DNA of 64,000 nt. Source: Vicinamibacterales bacterium (GTDB lineage: Bacteria > Acidobacteriota > Vicinamibacteria > Vicinamibacterales > CAVVIG01). Shown piece by piece: positions 54,991 through 64,000 of the stretch. Position 1 is the first letter of the stretch, and every line of letters begins with the position of its first letter. The DNA lies in contig DATBHR010000099.1 of the NCBI GenBank assembly GCA_036557365.1, positions 340 to 64,339 of the forward strand, in the 5' to 3' direction. Both the position numbers and the translations under genes were made by a program. The notes below the pieces were generated by a model that saw only the letters and a list, made by a program, of their open reading frames with translations, made no database searches and was not told where the DNA came from.

Positions 54991-57717
54991 ATGCGCCATC
55001 TCCGCTTCTGGCGATGGAGACAGGCGGAGGACGATGACATCGATCGCGAGCTGGCGACGCACCTGGACATCGCAGCGGAGGAGCGGGCCGACGCCGGCGT
55101 CCCGGCGAAAGACGCCGAGCTCGCCGCACGCCGCGAATTCGGCAGCGTGGCGTTGACGAAAGAACGTCTGCGCGCGTTGCGACCGGGTTCCACGATCGCG
55201 CGGCTCGTGTCGAACGCCGTCCGCGATTTCTTCCACGGTCTGCGGCTCCTTCGCAAGGAACCCGCGTTCACCGCTGTTGCGGTCATCACGCTGGCGCTGC
55301 CGATCGCCGCCAACGCCGTGATGTTCACGCTCGTCAACGCGCTGGTGCTGCAGTCGCGTCCAGGCCGCATCGACTCGCTCGTCTCTGTGTTCAGCCGCGA
55401 CCGGCAGCGGCCGGACTCCTATCGGGACTTTTCCTATCCGCTGTACGTCGATCTCCGCGATCGCAGCGGGGTGTTCAGCGACCTGATGGCGCACACCGTC
55501 GCGCTCGTTGGCATCCGCGAGGGCGACACGACCAGGCGATCCTTCGTCGAAGTTGTCTCTTCAAACTACTTCTCGACCATCGGCGTCCAGCTTGCGGCCG
55601 GCCGTGCTTTCTCCCCCGTCGAAGAACGTCCCGGGTCGAACGCGCTGGTGACAATTGCGTCGTACAGCGCGTGGCAGCAGCACGGCCTGCGTCCGGACTT
55701 CATCGGCAGCCGCGTTCGGGTCAACGGCTCGCTGTTCACGATCGTCGGCATCGCTCCGAAGGGAATGCGGACCACGCCGCTCGTGTCGCCTGACTGGTGG
55801 TTCCCGCTCGGCACGTACGACAAGGTCATCAACGAATGGTTCCGCGACGGCCCGCGAGGGCTCGACGATCGCGCGAACCACACGCTCTTTCTCGCCGGCT
55901 CGCTCGAGCCGGGACTGACGAGGGCCGCGGCGGACGCGAAGCTCGATGCGCTGGCGCTGCAGCTTGCCGAGCAATTTCCCGGAACCGATCGCGATCGAGC
56001 GTTCGCGACCGCTCCTGTGCCGATGAACCTGGGCTCGAGTCCAAGGAACGACACACCGCTGACGTTCGTCGCCGGACTGCTGCTCCTGATGGCGGCGCTC
56101 GTGCTCGGGATCGCGTGCCTGAATCTGGCGAACCTGATGGTCGCGCGCGGTGCGGCGCGCCGCAAGGAAATCGCCATTCGACAGGCGCTCGGTGGCAGCC
56201 GCTTCCGCATCGTCGGCCAACTGTTCATGGAAGGCCTCAGTGTGTCGCTCATCGGCGCAGCGGCGGGGCTGATCCTCTCGTGGTGGGCGGACGCGGCGCT
56301 GAACGCGTGGCTGGGCAGCGCCGTCCGGTTCGTCGCGATCGACGGCATCGACGTCGCGATCGAACCTTCGCGGCGGATGGCGGCGGTCGCCGGCGGACTC
56401 GCGCTATTCAGCACGTTCTGCTTCGCGCTCGGCCCGGCGTGGCGGCTGTCGCGGCCGGCGGTGACCTCGGACCTCAAGGATCTGCCCGGCGTTGTCGAGC
56501 GCCGCTTCGGCAGCGGCAGCGTGCTCGTCGCCATCCAGCTCACCGTGTCGCTTGCGCTGCTCGCTGTCAGCGGTCTCTTCGTGCGCAGCGCGATCGAGGC
56601 GGCAAGCGCGAGCCCGGGCTTCGCTCTCGAACGCGAGCTCGTGTTTTCAATCGATCCGAGCCTCGGCGCCTACGACGAGGCGCACACGCGTGCGTTGTAT
56701 CGCGACGCGCTGCAGCGCGTCCGTGTGCTTCCCGGCGTCGACCACGTGAGCCTCGCGTCCAAAGTTGCGTTCGGCGAATTCGAGGAGGGAGGTTTCGTCG
56801 GCGTTCCGGACATCCGAGCCAGGGACGTTACCGCCGGCTTCACGATCGTCACATCCGATTACTTTGCGACGCTGCGTCTTCCGGTCCTGCGCGGCCGCGG
56901 ATTCACGCACGAAGAGGACACGCGGCCTGGCGGAATCGCCGCCGCCATCGTCAGCGAACCGCTGGCGCGGCGGCTCTTCGCGGACGCCGATCCCCTTGGT
57001 CGTCAGGTGACGCTGAGAAAGGGCAGCGCCGAGACGGGCGGACGCGGGAACGCCGAGACGAAGGAAACGCTGACGATCGTCGGCGTCGTACCAGGTACGA
57101 CGCAGGATATCTTCGACGCCGAGCCCAGGTTGCAGATTTACGTGCCGTACGGCTCGCGATTCAGGGCCGCGATGGTGCTTCACGTTGCGATCAGTCCGCT
57201 CGCGGACGAATCGGCGATGCTGAAGAACGTTCAGCAGGAACTTCGTCGGCTCGACAGCCAGTTGCCTATTCTGACTGCGAGGACGATGAACGCACAGCGC
57301 GATGCCAGCGTCCCGCGGTGGGCGGTCCGCGCCGCCGCGGTGATGTTCGGCATCTTCGGGACGCTCGCGCTGCTCATCGCGTCCACCGGCGTGTACGGCC
57401 TCGAGTCCTACGACGTCGCGCGGCGGACGCGCGAACTCGGCATCCGCATGGCGCTTGGCGCGACCACAACGGACGTCCAGCGGCTCGTACTGCGGAAGGG
57501 ATTGACGACGGCCGTCGTCGGTCTTTCGCTCGGCATGTTGCTGGCCGCAGGCGTCGGCCGACTCGTGAGCAGCATCCTCTATCGCGTGAGCCCGCTCGAT
57601 CCGGCGGCTCTCATCGCCGCGGTAATTGTCCTCGCAGCGGCGACGATGCTGGCCTGCTATGTTCCGGCGCGACGGGCCACTCGAATCGAGACGCTGGAAG
57701 CGCTCAGGACGGAATGA
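54991..57717 (+). CDS. ADOP-family duplicated MacB/FtsX-like permease, full length
   Basis: A 908-aa protein with an N-terminal cytoplasmic extension (DIDRELATHLDIAAEE) and two MacB_PCD/FtsX modules. It ends YVPARRATRIETLEALRTE. Confidence 0.9.
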   Translation: MRHLRFWRWRQAEDDDIDRELATHLDIAAEERADAGVPAKDAELAARREFGSVALTKERLRALRPGSTIARLVSNAVRDFFHGLRLLRKEPAFTAVAVITLALPIAANAVMFTLVNALVLQSRPGRIDSLVSVFSRDRQRPDSYRDFSYPLYVDLRDRSGVFSDLMAHTVALVGIREGDTTRRSFVEVVSSNYFSTIGVQLAAGRAFSPVEERPGSNALVTIASYSAWQQHGLRPDFIGSRVRVNGSLFTIVGIAPKGMRTTPLVSPDWWFPLGTYDKVINEWFRDGPRGLDDRANHTLFLAGSLEPGLTRAAADAKLDALALQLAEQFPGTDRDRAFATAPVPMNLGSSPRNDTPLTFVAGLLLLMAALVLGIACLNLANLMVARGAARRKEIAIRQALGGSRFRIVGQLFMEGLSVSLIGAAAGLILSWWADAALNAWLGSAVRFVAIDGIDVAIEPSRRMAAVAGGLALFSTFCFALGPAWRLSRPAVTSDLKDLPGVVERRFGSGSVLVAIQLTVSLALLAVSGLFVRSAIEAASASPGFALERELVFSIDPSLGAYDEAHTRALYRDALQRVRVLPGVDHVSLASKVAFGEFEEGGFVGVPDIRARDVTAGFTIVTSDYFATLRLPVLRGRGFTHEEDTRPGGIAAAIVSEPLARRLFADADPLGRQVTLRKGSAETGGRGNAETKETLTIVGVVPGTTQDIFDAEPRLQIYVPYGSRFRAAMVLHVAISPLADESAMLKNVQQELRRLDSQLPILTARTMNAQRDASVPRWAVRAAAVMFGIFGTLALLIASTGVYGLESYDVARRTRELGIRMALGATTTDVQRLVLRKGLTTAVVGLSLGMLLAAGVGRLVSSILYRVSPLDPAALIAAVIVLAAATMLACYVPARRATRIETLEALRTE

Positions 57718-57751
57718 GCGTCGGCGCGATCGGCGCGAGAGCAGCCAGATC

Positions 57752-58198
57752 ATGCTGATTCGCCGCATCACCGAGCGCGATCGACCCGACTGGCTGCGAA
57801 TGCGCGACGCGTTGTGGCCCAACTCGCTGTCCGACCACGACGAAGAAACGCGCGCGTACTTCGCGGCCGAGACGCAGACGCTCGTCGTCTTCGTCGCTGA
57901 GGACGAAGGACGCGTCGTCGGATTTCTGGAGCTGGACTTCCGGAAGTACGCGCCTGGCTGCCGATCGTCGCCGGTGCCCTTCATCGAAGGCTGGTACGTC
58001 GAGGCGGGAAAACGAGGGCAGGGCATCGGGCGTGCGCTCGTGCACGCCGCCGAAGCGTACGCGCACGGGGAAGGCTATCGCGAGATTGCGAGCGACGCGG
58101 AGGTCGGCAACACCGGCAGCATTGCCGCCCACCGCGCGCTGGGATTCGACGAGATCGAGCGCGTCGTCTGCTTCCGGCGCTCGCTCGACGATTCGTGA
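57752..58198 (+). CDS. GNAT acetyltransferase, AAC(6')-I-like
   Basis: It starts MLIRRITERDRPDWLRMRDALWPNS... and contains ...FIEGWYVEAGKRGQGIGRALVHAAEAYA...EIASDAEVGNTGSIAAHRALGF. This resembles aminoglycoside 6'-N-acetyltransferases from memory. Confidence 0.6.
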   Translation: MLIRRITERDRPDWLRMRDALWPNSLSDHDEETRAYFAAETQTLVVFVAEDEGRVVGFLELDFRKYAPGCRSSPVPFIEGWYVEAGKRGQGIGRALVHAAEAYAHGEGYREIASDAEVGNTGSIAAHRALGFDEIERVVCFRRSLDDS

Positions 58199-58217
58199 TG
58201 GCAGAGAACCGGCGCGA

Positions 58218-59321
58218 CTATGCCGTCGGCTCGCGCGTCGAGCGATTCGTCGCGCTGATCTGCAGGTCGTACCCGTTCGGCGTCGTCGTGTGATAGCTCT
58301 TGTACGACGAGCTGTGAATGTCGCCGCGTCCGCCGGTGTCCACGCGGGCCGTCAGCCCGCGTTTTTCCAGCTCGGCCTTCACCTGATCCGCGTCGAACGG
58401 CGTGATGCCGAACGCGATGTGTCCGATCGACGCATGGCGCGCTGTCGGAGCCGGCGTCGGCGCAGCGCCGCGGCCCCCGCCGCCGCGGCGGATGATGATG
58501 TCGCCGACGTCGCCAATCTCGCACTGGCTCTGGCTGCCTTCGTCGGTTCCCGGCTTCCAGCCGAGCAGCGCCGTGTAAAACGCGACGGTCTCCTTGTAGT
58601 TGGACACCTCGTACGAGATGTGATCGAGCCAGACCGTTCTCCAGTTGGTCGGTTCGAACGGCGCGGGCGCCGACGTCTTCCCGTTTGCCGCGCCCTGACG
58701 ACGATTCTTGCGGTTGCCGTTGCTGATCTGGAGATCGAAGCCGTCCGGATCTTTCACGTGGAAGCTCTCGAAATCTTTGCCGTGGTTGTCCGGGACCGGC
58801 GAGAGCCCGCGCTTCCGGAGTTCCGCTTCCACCTTCTTCGCGTCCCACGGGTCGATGCCCCAGCAGAAGCCATCGAAGACTGCGTTGCGCGGAGGTCGAG
58901 GACCACCGCGGCCGCCGCCCGGCGCTTCGGTCGCTGGTGAAGGCGGCGGCGGCTGGTATCCGCCGCGAATGACGAGACCGCCCCAATCGCCGATGTCGAG
59001 CACGGCCTGCTTCCCATCGTCGCTTCTGATTTTCCAGTTCATCAGCGCGGCGTAGTACGCGGCTTCCTTCGGATACTCGACGACCTGGCAGGACAGATGA
59101 TCGAGGAGGACCGTTTTCCATCCCGTCGATTCGAACGGAAGCTTGGCAGGCGTCGGATCGCATCCTGGTGTGCCGGCGCGGGCTCCGCCGCACTGGCCCT
59201 GCGCGAATGCAGCGGCGGGCCGGATGGCGGCGGCGATTCCCAGCGCGGCCAGCAGCTGGCGGCGCGACATCTTGCCGCGGTCGAAGTCAGCGAACAGCGT
59301 CGCAAGGTCGGTATTCATCAA
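58218..59321 (-). CDS. tandem VOC (glyoxalase/dioxygenase-fold) protein with Tat-type signal
   Basis: The Tat-type signal is MSRRQLLAALGIAAAIRPAAAFAQ. Two repeats of the type LDH(L/I)S..V....E...FY..L(M/L)(N/G)WK follow, separated by Gly/Pro/Arg-rich linkers. Confidence 0.55.
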   Translation of the reverse strand: MMNTDLATLFADFDRGKMSRRQLLAALGIAAAIRPAAAFAQGQCGGARAGTPGCDPTPAKLPFESTGWKTVLLDHLSCQVVEYPKEAAYYAALMNWKIRSDDGKQAVLDIGDWGGLVIRGGYQPPPPSPATEAPGGGRGGPRPPRNAVFDGFCWGIDPWDAKKVEAELRKRGLSPVPDNHGKDFESFHVKDPDGFDLQISNGNRKNRRQGAANGKTSAPAPFEPTNWRTVWLDHISYEVSNYKETVAFYTALLGWKPGTDEGSQSQCEIGDVGDIIIRRGGGGRGAAPTPAPTARHASIGHIAFGITPFDADQVKAELEKRGLTARVDTGGRGDIHSSSYKSYHTTTPNGYDLQISATNRSTREPTA

Positions 59322-59613
59322 TCACTCCTGTGGAAGTACGGATGAATTCGCCACAAGTATGTGAGCGGTTGTCCGCGTTTGGCAAGCACGCGCGTTCGAT
59401 CGACGTGAAACGAACACGGTGCGCGCACGCGTCGCGCTTCGCGCGCGTACTGCGACCGCGACATCGAAGGTCCGCGTACGTCGCGCGCATTCGTCGCGCG
59501 TGTGCGTCAGCCAGCTCGACCATGAAAGGTTGACGCGAGAACGATCGTCGCGAGACTACAATGCGGCCGTTCTGCTTCGCGCAGCCCGGCGCGCGGGATT
59601 GAGGAGCGATGAC

Positions 59614-60093
59614 ATGGCTTCAGATATTTTCGCCAAGCTCGGTGACATCAAGGGCGAGTCCCTGGACGACAAGCACAAGGACGAGATCGAAGTCTTGTCG
59701 TATTCGTGGGGCGTGACGAACAGCGGAACCATGCTCGCAGCGGGCGGCGCCGCAGCCGGCCGCGCGACGTTCAAGGACATTTCAATCGTGCACCGCGTGG
59801 ACAAGTCGTCGCCGCTGCTCATGCAGGCGTGTGCGACCGGCGTGCACCTGAAAGACGCGACGATCACGCAGCGCAAGGCAGGCAAAGGACAGCAGGAGTT
59901 CCTCGTGATCAAGATGAACGACGTCATCATCACGAGCGTCTCGCCGCAGAGCGCCGGGCCCGACGGCCTGACGGAAACCGTCGCCCTCGCGTTCGCGAAG
60001 ATCGCCGTCCAGTACACGCCGCAGAAAGCGGACGGCAGCCTCGATGCCGCGCTCCAATTCAAATACGACCTCAAGGCCAACAAAGAGTTCTAG
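59614..60093 (+). CDS. hcp: type VI secretion tube protein Hcp (TssD), orphan copy
   Basis: GAGGAG lies 7 nt before the ATG. The sequence MASDIFAKLGDIKGESLDDKHKDEIEVLSYSWGV...VDKSSPLLMQACATGVHLKDATITQRKAGKGQQEFLVIKMNDVIITSVS is the Hcp1 signature. Confidence 0.9.
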   Translation: MASDIFAKLGDIKGESLDDKHKDEIEVLSYSWGVTNSGTMLAAGGAAAGRATFKDISIVHRVDKSSPLLMQACATGVHLKDATITQRKAGKGQQEFLVIKMNDVIITSVSPQSAGPDGLTETVALAFAKIAVQYTPQKADGSLDAALQFKYDLKANKEF

Positions 60094-60109
60094 CGGCTCT
60101 GGAACCGCG

Positions 60110-61435
60110 ATGACCGCGTCCGAGACGACGCGCGAGCTGACGATCGACGAAGCCGTCGCCGTCGCGATAGTGCTGCAGCAGAACGATCAGCTCGCCGAAG
60201 CCGGCGAGTTGTATCGCCGTGTGCTCATCGCGGATCCGACGCGCGCCGACGCCGTGCATTACTCCGGCGTCCTGGCGCATCAACAGGGACGGACCGACGA
60301 GGCCGCCGCACTCATCACGCGAAGCCTCGCCATGGTTTCGGGAAACGCCGACTGGCACAGCAATCTCGGCATCGTGCTTCAATCGCAGGGCAAGCTCGAC
60401 GCCGCGATGGACGCCTTCAGGCGCTCCATCGAGCTCGATCCGCGACACGCGAACGCGCACAGCAACCTCGGCGTGCTCCTTCGAGCAGCCGGCAGGCCGT
60501 CGGAGGCCGAAGCGTCGTACCGCGCCGCCATCGCGATCGATCCGAAGCACATCGACGCCTACACGAACCTCGGCATCCTGCTCAATTCCCTGCGCCGACC
60601 GGCCGAAGCGTCCACGTGCTTCTGCAAGGTCATTACGCTGCGGCCGAAGCATCGCGACGCGCGCAAGCTGCTGGCGCTGGCGCACTGCGCGCTCGGCGAG
60701 ACGACCGAGGCCATCCGCATCTTCGAGCAGTGGCTGGAGGAAGAGCCGGACGATGCGATCGCGCGTCACATGCTGGCGGCGTGCTCGGGACGCGACGTCC
60801 CGCCGCGGGCATCCGACGGCTTCGTCGAACAGACCTTCGACGGGTTTGCCGCGACGTTCGAGTCGAAGCTGCAGAAGCTGTCGTACCGCGCGCCAGGCCT
60901 CGTTGCGGCGATGGCGGAACGCGCGAATCTTCCGGCGGCGAAGGCTCTCGATGTGCTCGACGCGGGATGCGGCACCGGTCTGTGTGGTCCGCTGCTCGCA
61001 CCGTACGCACGTCGGTTAGTCGGTGTCGATCTTTCCGAGGGGATGCTGGCGCACGCGCGCGAGAAGCGCGTGTACGACGAGCTCGTCAAGCGCGAGTTGA
61101 CGGACTACTTGATCCGCGCGCCTGATCGCTTCGATCTCATCGTCTCGGCGGACGCGCTCGTCTACTTCGGCGATCTCGACGTCGTTGTTCGTGCCGCGGC
61201 GTCTTCGCTTCGTTCAGGAGGGTGTCTCGTCTTCACACTCGAAGATGCGGCGGGCCGTGAACCGGACGTTGCGTATCGTCTCGAAACGCACGGCCGTTAC
61301 AGCCACGACGAGAGCTATGTCGACCGTCTGCTTCGAGCCGCTGGGCTGGCGCCGGAGATCGTACACGCGGAGCTGCGTCTCGAAGCGGGTGTTCCCGTTG
61401 CAGGCTTGGTCGTCCGCGCGACGAAGAAACGCTAG
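60110..61435 (+). CDS. TPR-repeat protein fused to a class I SAM-dependent methyltransferase
   Basis: The N-terminal TPR units are A..YRRVL..DP..A.A...LG repeated about 6 times. The C-terminal part has the SAM motif VLDAGCGTGLCGPLL and the DLIVSADALVYFGDL block. It starts 16 nt after hcp. Confidence 0.8.
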   Translation: MTASETTRELTIDEAVAVAIVLQQNDQLAEAGELYRRVLIADPTRADAVHYSGVLAHQQGRTDEAAALITRSLAMVSGNADWHSNLGIVLQSQGKLDAAMDAFRRSIELDPRHANAHSNLGVLLRAAGRPSEAEASYRAAIAIDPKHIDAYTNLGILLNSLRRPAEASTCFCKVITLRPKHRDARKLLALAHCALGETTEAIRIFEQWLEEEPDDAIARHMLAACSGRDVPPRASDGFVEQTFDGFAATFESKLQKLSYRAPGLVAAMAERANLPAAKALDVLDAGCGTGLCGPLLAPYARRLVGVDLSEGMLAHAREKRVYDELVKRELTDYLIRAPDRFDLIVSADALVYFGDLDVVVRAAASSLRSGGCLVFTLEDAAGREPDVAYRLETHGRYSHDESYVDRLLRAAGLAPEIVHAELRLEAGVPVAGLVVRATKKR

Positions 61436-62421
61436 GCAGGCCCCGATCGCGTTTTCGTCCTATTTACCTGCTGCGCGATGAAGGCTTTCACCATCTCGCG
61501 CGCGCGGTCGGTCTGAGGCCCGGGCTTCGCGACCCATTCGTGCTCGCATCCTTCGAACAGCTCGTACTGGCAGTGACCGCCGGCGGCGTTGTACGTGGCG
61601 ACGAACCGTTGCTGCACCGCCGGCAGCATGTTGTCGTCGAGGCCGCCCTGCATGACGAAGAGCGGCACGGTGGGGACGACTTCCTTCCGCCGGAGGATCT
61701 CGACCGGGTTGCTCTCGTGAATCGTCTCCCACGGGTTGAAGAAGATCTTGTGGTTCGTGATCATCGCGTCGCGCTTCATCTTTTCGGCGTTCTCGAACCG
61801 CGCGACCGGATCGCTGATGGGCGAGCGCATCGCCGCGTACGCGATCGTGGCGTCGACGTTCGGCGCGTCGGCCGGCAGCGCGATGGCGTTGTATCGCGGA
61901 TCGGCAGGCCGCAGCGCGAGCAGTTCCGCGACGTGGCCGCCGCTCGAACTGCCGTAGATGCCGAGCCTCGACGCGTTTCCGTTCCAGGTCGACGCTTTCC
62001 ACTTCAGCCAGCGGACCGCGTAATTCGCGTCCTGCACCGAGGCGGGATACGGCGCCTCGGGCGCCAGCGTCATGTCGATGGCGACAACGAGAAGACCGCT
62101 GGATGCGAGCGCGCGATCCATCGGCTCCTCGGCGTGACGATCTTTCGCATTCCAGGCGCCGCCATGGAGATCGAGGACGGTCGGAAACGGTCCCGCACCT
62201 TTCGGCTGATAGACGCGGGCCATGAGCATCCGCCCGGCGTGATTCCTGCGGAACTCGATGTCGGTCGCCGTGATGTCGAAGTGGCCGGCCGGATTGTAGG
62301 AGGCAGCGTCGGGAGATGACGCGGCGATGCCGGTGACGCCGCATGCCGCGCCAGCCGCGATCAGCTGCACGAACTCGCGACGTCCGAGAGGACGATGACC
62401 TCCATAATCCCGGCGATCCAT
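61432..62421 (-). CDS. alpha/beta hydrolase fold-3 esterase/lipase with Tat-like signal
   Basis: It contains GRREFVQLIAAGAACG, the oxyanion block LDLHGGAW and the nucleophile elbow GSSSGGH. ATG is at 62419-62421. Confidence 0.75.
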   Translation of the reverse strand: MDRRDYGGHRPLGRREFVQLIAAGAACGVTGIAASSPDAASYNPAGHFDITATDIEFRRNHAGRMLMARVYQPKGAGPFPTVLDLHGGAWNAKDRHAEEPMDRALASSGLLVVAIDMTLAPEAPYPASVQDANYAVRWLKWKASTWNGNASRLGIYGSSSGGHVAELLALRPADPRYNAIALPADAPNVDATIAYAAMRSPISDPVARFENAEKMKRDAMITNHKIFFNPWETIHESNPVEILRRKEVVPTVPLFVMQGGLDDNMLPAVQQRFVATYNAAGGHCQYELFEGCEHEWVAKPGPQTDRAREMVKAFIAQQVNRTKTRSGPA

Positions 62422-62497
62422 GTTCAGGTCCTCCGTTGCAGACCCAGAGCATACAATGCGCCTGTCCGCCGCGTCTGCGGCGTTTCGAGGTGACGAC

Positions 62498-63649
62498 ATG
62501 ACGGTGCGGAAGGCAGTTCTTCTGTTGATGGCGTTGGCTGTGGCCGGACTCATCGTGCGGCATCCGCTCGCGCAGCAGCGCCAGCGGTTTCTCTACGCCG
62601 CGCTCCCCGGCGTCGGCGGCGGAAACAACATGAGCTACGGCGGTGCGGGCATCCTGGTCTTCGACATCGATCACGGCCACAAGTTCGTCAAGCGCCTCGC
62701 GCTGCAGGGTGAACCGCCGCCGCCACCCGATCCTTCGGCGACGGGCCGCGGCGGAAGCGGGCAGGAATCCATCAAAGGCATCGCCGCTCACGCGCAGACG
62801 GCGAGGCTGTACGTCTCCACGAGCCGGCGCGTCGCCGCGTACGATCTGCTGACGGACAAGCTCGTCTGGGAGCAGAAGTACGAAGGACGCGGCACCGATC
62901 GCATCGCCTTGTCACCGGACGGCACGACGCTCTACGCGCCCGTGCTCGGCGCGCCGAAATGGGTCGTCGTCGACGCGAAGACCGGCGCCCAGGTCGCCAC
63001 GATCGACAAGCCCGGCACCGCGCACAACACGCAGTTCTCTCACGATGGCACGCGCGTGTACTTCGAGTCGCAGGGCAACACGCGGACGATGTCGATCGTG
63101 GACGCGAAGGCGCGGACCATCGTGAAGGAGGTCGGGCCGTTCGGCCACGTCGTCCGCCCGTTCGCCTACAACGGCAAGGAGACGCTGCTGTTCGCGAATG
63201 TCAACGACATCCTTGGATTCGAGGTGGCGGACGTGAAGACCGGCGCGGTACTGCATCGCGTCGAGGTGCCCGGCGTGACGCCCGGCAAGTCACCGACCCA
63301 CGGCATTCCCAGCCACGGCATTGCGATGACGCAGGACGAAACCGAGATCTGGGTGGCCGACAACGCCAACAACTTCGTTCGGATCTTTGACGCGACCGTC
63401 ATGCCGCCGACGCTCAAGACAAGCGTCAAGGTTCGCGACGAACCCGGGTGGATCACGTTCGGCATCGACGGCACGCTCGGGTATCCGTCCACAGGCGACG
63501 TCGTCGACGTGCGCACGAAGCGAATCGTCGCGACGCTGCAGGACGAGCACGGCGCGAACGTCGAGAGCGAGAAGATGCTCGAAGTCGATTTCGCCGGGGG
63601 CAAGCCGGTCCAGGCCGGCGATCAATTCGGGAAGGGCAAGAAGCGGTAG
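62498..63649 (+). CDS. secreted beta-propeller protein (YncE/lactonase-like repeats)
   Basis: It has a signal peptide followed by repeated SPDGTTLY, SHDGTRVY and TQDETEIWVAD blade motifs. A Pro-rich insert, GEPPPPPDPSATGRGGSG, is present. Confidence 0.55.
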   Translation: MTVRKAVLLLMALAVAGLIVRHPLAQQRQRFLYAALPGVGGGNNMSYGGAGILVFDIDHGHKFVKRLALQGEPPPPPDPSATGRGGSGQESIKGIAAHAQTARLYVSTSRRVAAYDLLTDKLVWEQKYEGRGTDRIALSPDGTTLYAPVLGAPKWVVVDAKTGAQVATIDKPGTAHNTQFSHDGTRVYFESQGNTRTMSIVDAKARTIVKEVGPFGHVVRPFAYNGKETLLFANVNDILGFEVADVKTGAVLHRVEVPGVTPGKSPTHGIPSHGIAMTQDETEIWVADNANNFVRIFDATVMPPTLKTSVKVRDEPGWITFGIDGTLGYPSTGDVVDVRTKRIVATLQDEHGANVESEKMLEVDFAGGKPVQAGDQFGKGKKR

Positions 63650-63700
63650 CGCAAGGCTTCAGTCCGCGCGCCTCGCGCCGCGGCACGACCGCGCAAGAAA

Positions 63701-63728
63701 AACGAGCCGGCCCGAAGGCCGGCTCGTT
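63701..63728. terminator. bidirectional intrinsic-terminator-like hairpin between convergent genes
   Basis: AACGAGCCGGCC-cgaa-GGCCGGCTCGTT forms a perfect 12-bp stem with a 4-nt loop. It is preceded by AAAAA and followed by TTG, giving A/T tracts on both strands. Confidence 0.6.
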
Positions 63729-63750
63729 GCGTGTGGAACGGGTCGCGCGG

Positions 63751-64000
63751 TCAGTGCACGCGCGGACCGGCGAGCACGGTCGACCAGCGCAGGTCGTGCG
63801 CCGCGCGCCAGTCGTCGGCGACGATCGAATACAGCACCTGATCGAGATAGCGGCCGTCGCGCAGGAACGATTTGCGAAGGACCGCTTCCTGAACCGCGCC
63901 GACTTTCAGCAGCGCGCCGTTGCCGCGGCCGTTCAGCACGGCCGCCCGCGCCTCGAGCCGATGCACGCCGAGGATGTCGAACGCGAACTGCAGCACCTGC
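63751..64000 (-). CDS. GNAT-family N-acetyltransferase, C-terminal part (5' end outside the window)
   Basis: ...FAFDILGVHRLEARAAVLNGRGNGALLKVGAVQEAVLRKSFLRDGRYLDQVLYSIVADDW is typical of RimJ/RimL-type acetyltransferases. The frame is open to the window edge. Confidence 0.6.
   Translation of the reverse strand, partial: QVLQFAFDILGVHRLEARAAVLNGRGNGALLKVGAVQEAVLRKSFLRDGRYLDQVLYSIVADDWRAAHDLRWSTVLAGPRVH

Noticed and set aside
59380-59394. TGGCAAGCACGCGCG upstream of hcp, considered as a sigma-54 (-24/-12) promoter
   Set aside because: The spacing of the GG and GC elements is off by one, and the -12 TTGC consensus is absent.
59530-59562. TTGACG ... TACAAT upstream of hcp, considered as a sigma-70 promoter
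   Set aside because: The spacer is 21 nt, too long for a standard sigma-70 promoter. It is kept only as a note.

Overview
The window is high-GC. Its gene content looks Acidobacteria-like: three PadR-associated ADOP-type duplicated MacB/FtsX permeases, a TIGR03436-style VWA protein, and many secreted beta-propeller and peptidase genes. All domain calls come from reading the supplied translations from memory, with no searches run. Coding density is high, and most long Arg/Ala-rich ORFs in the track are antisense shadow frames of the real genes.

Layout:
- **1-4.1 kb:** a lower-GC junkyard holding a ParE tail, a frameshifted DarT-like remnant, a small ORF, an Rhs/YD-repeat core fragment and a VapBC45-like DUF433/DUF5615 pair.
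- **4.2-8.5 kb:** a compact divergent cluster of uncharacterised families. One arm is a TIGR01777 epimerase and a DCC thiol-disulfide oxidoreductase. The other arm is TetR, DUF1990, an SRPBCC-DoxX fusion and DUF4166.
- **8.5-9.9 kb:** an intact IS256-family element.
- **10.2-12.8 kb:** a secreted PLD-like protein with FG-GAP repeats.
- **12.8-15.7 kb:** PadR with an internally deleted ADOP permease, then vapBC.
- **15.9-18.7 kb:** a DUF305 and LVIVD lipoprotein pair.
- **19.2-27.4 kb:** a DPP-IV-like peptidase, then a complete pgaABCD operon.
- **27.4-34.0 kb:** a hybrid histidine kinase and a REC-GHKL regulator, bracketed by an intact permease-amidohydrolase operon and a deleted scar copy of it.
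- **34-44 kb:** tricorn-like protease, VWA protein, FAD oxidoreductase, kptA, and an ECF sigma/anti-sigma pair.
- **44-58 kb:** furA-katG, cytochrome c peroxidase, and APH- and AAC(6')-like genes.
- **58-64 kb:** an orphan hcp with a TPR-methyltransferase.

The most interesting single observation is a signal-peptide-bearing DUF442/DSP-phosphatase-like gene (39692-40228, minus strand). Its reading frame is interrupted only by an in-frame TGA exactly at the catalytic Cys position of the H-C-X4-R loop, with the frame staying open and protein-like for another 52 codons. It is either a selenocysteine candidate or a very recent nonsense mutation.

No rRNA, tRNA or CRISPR array was seen.
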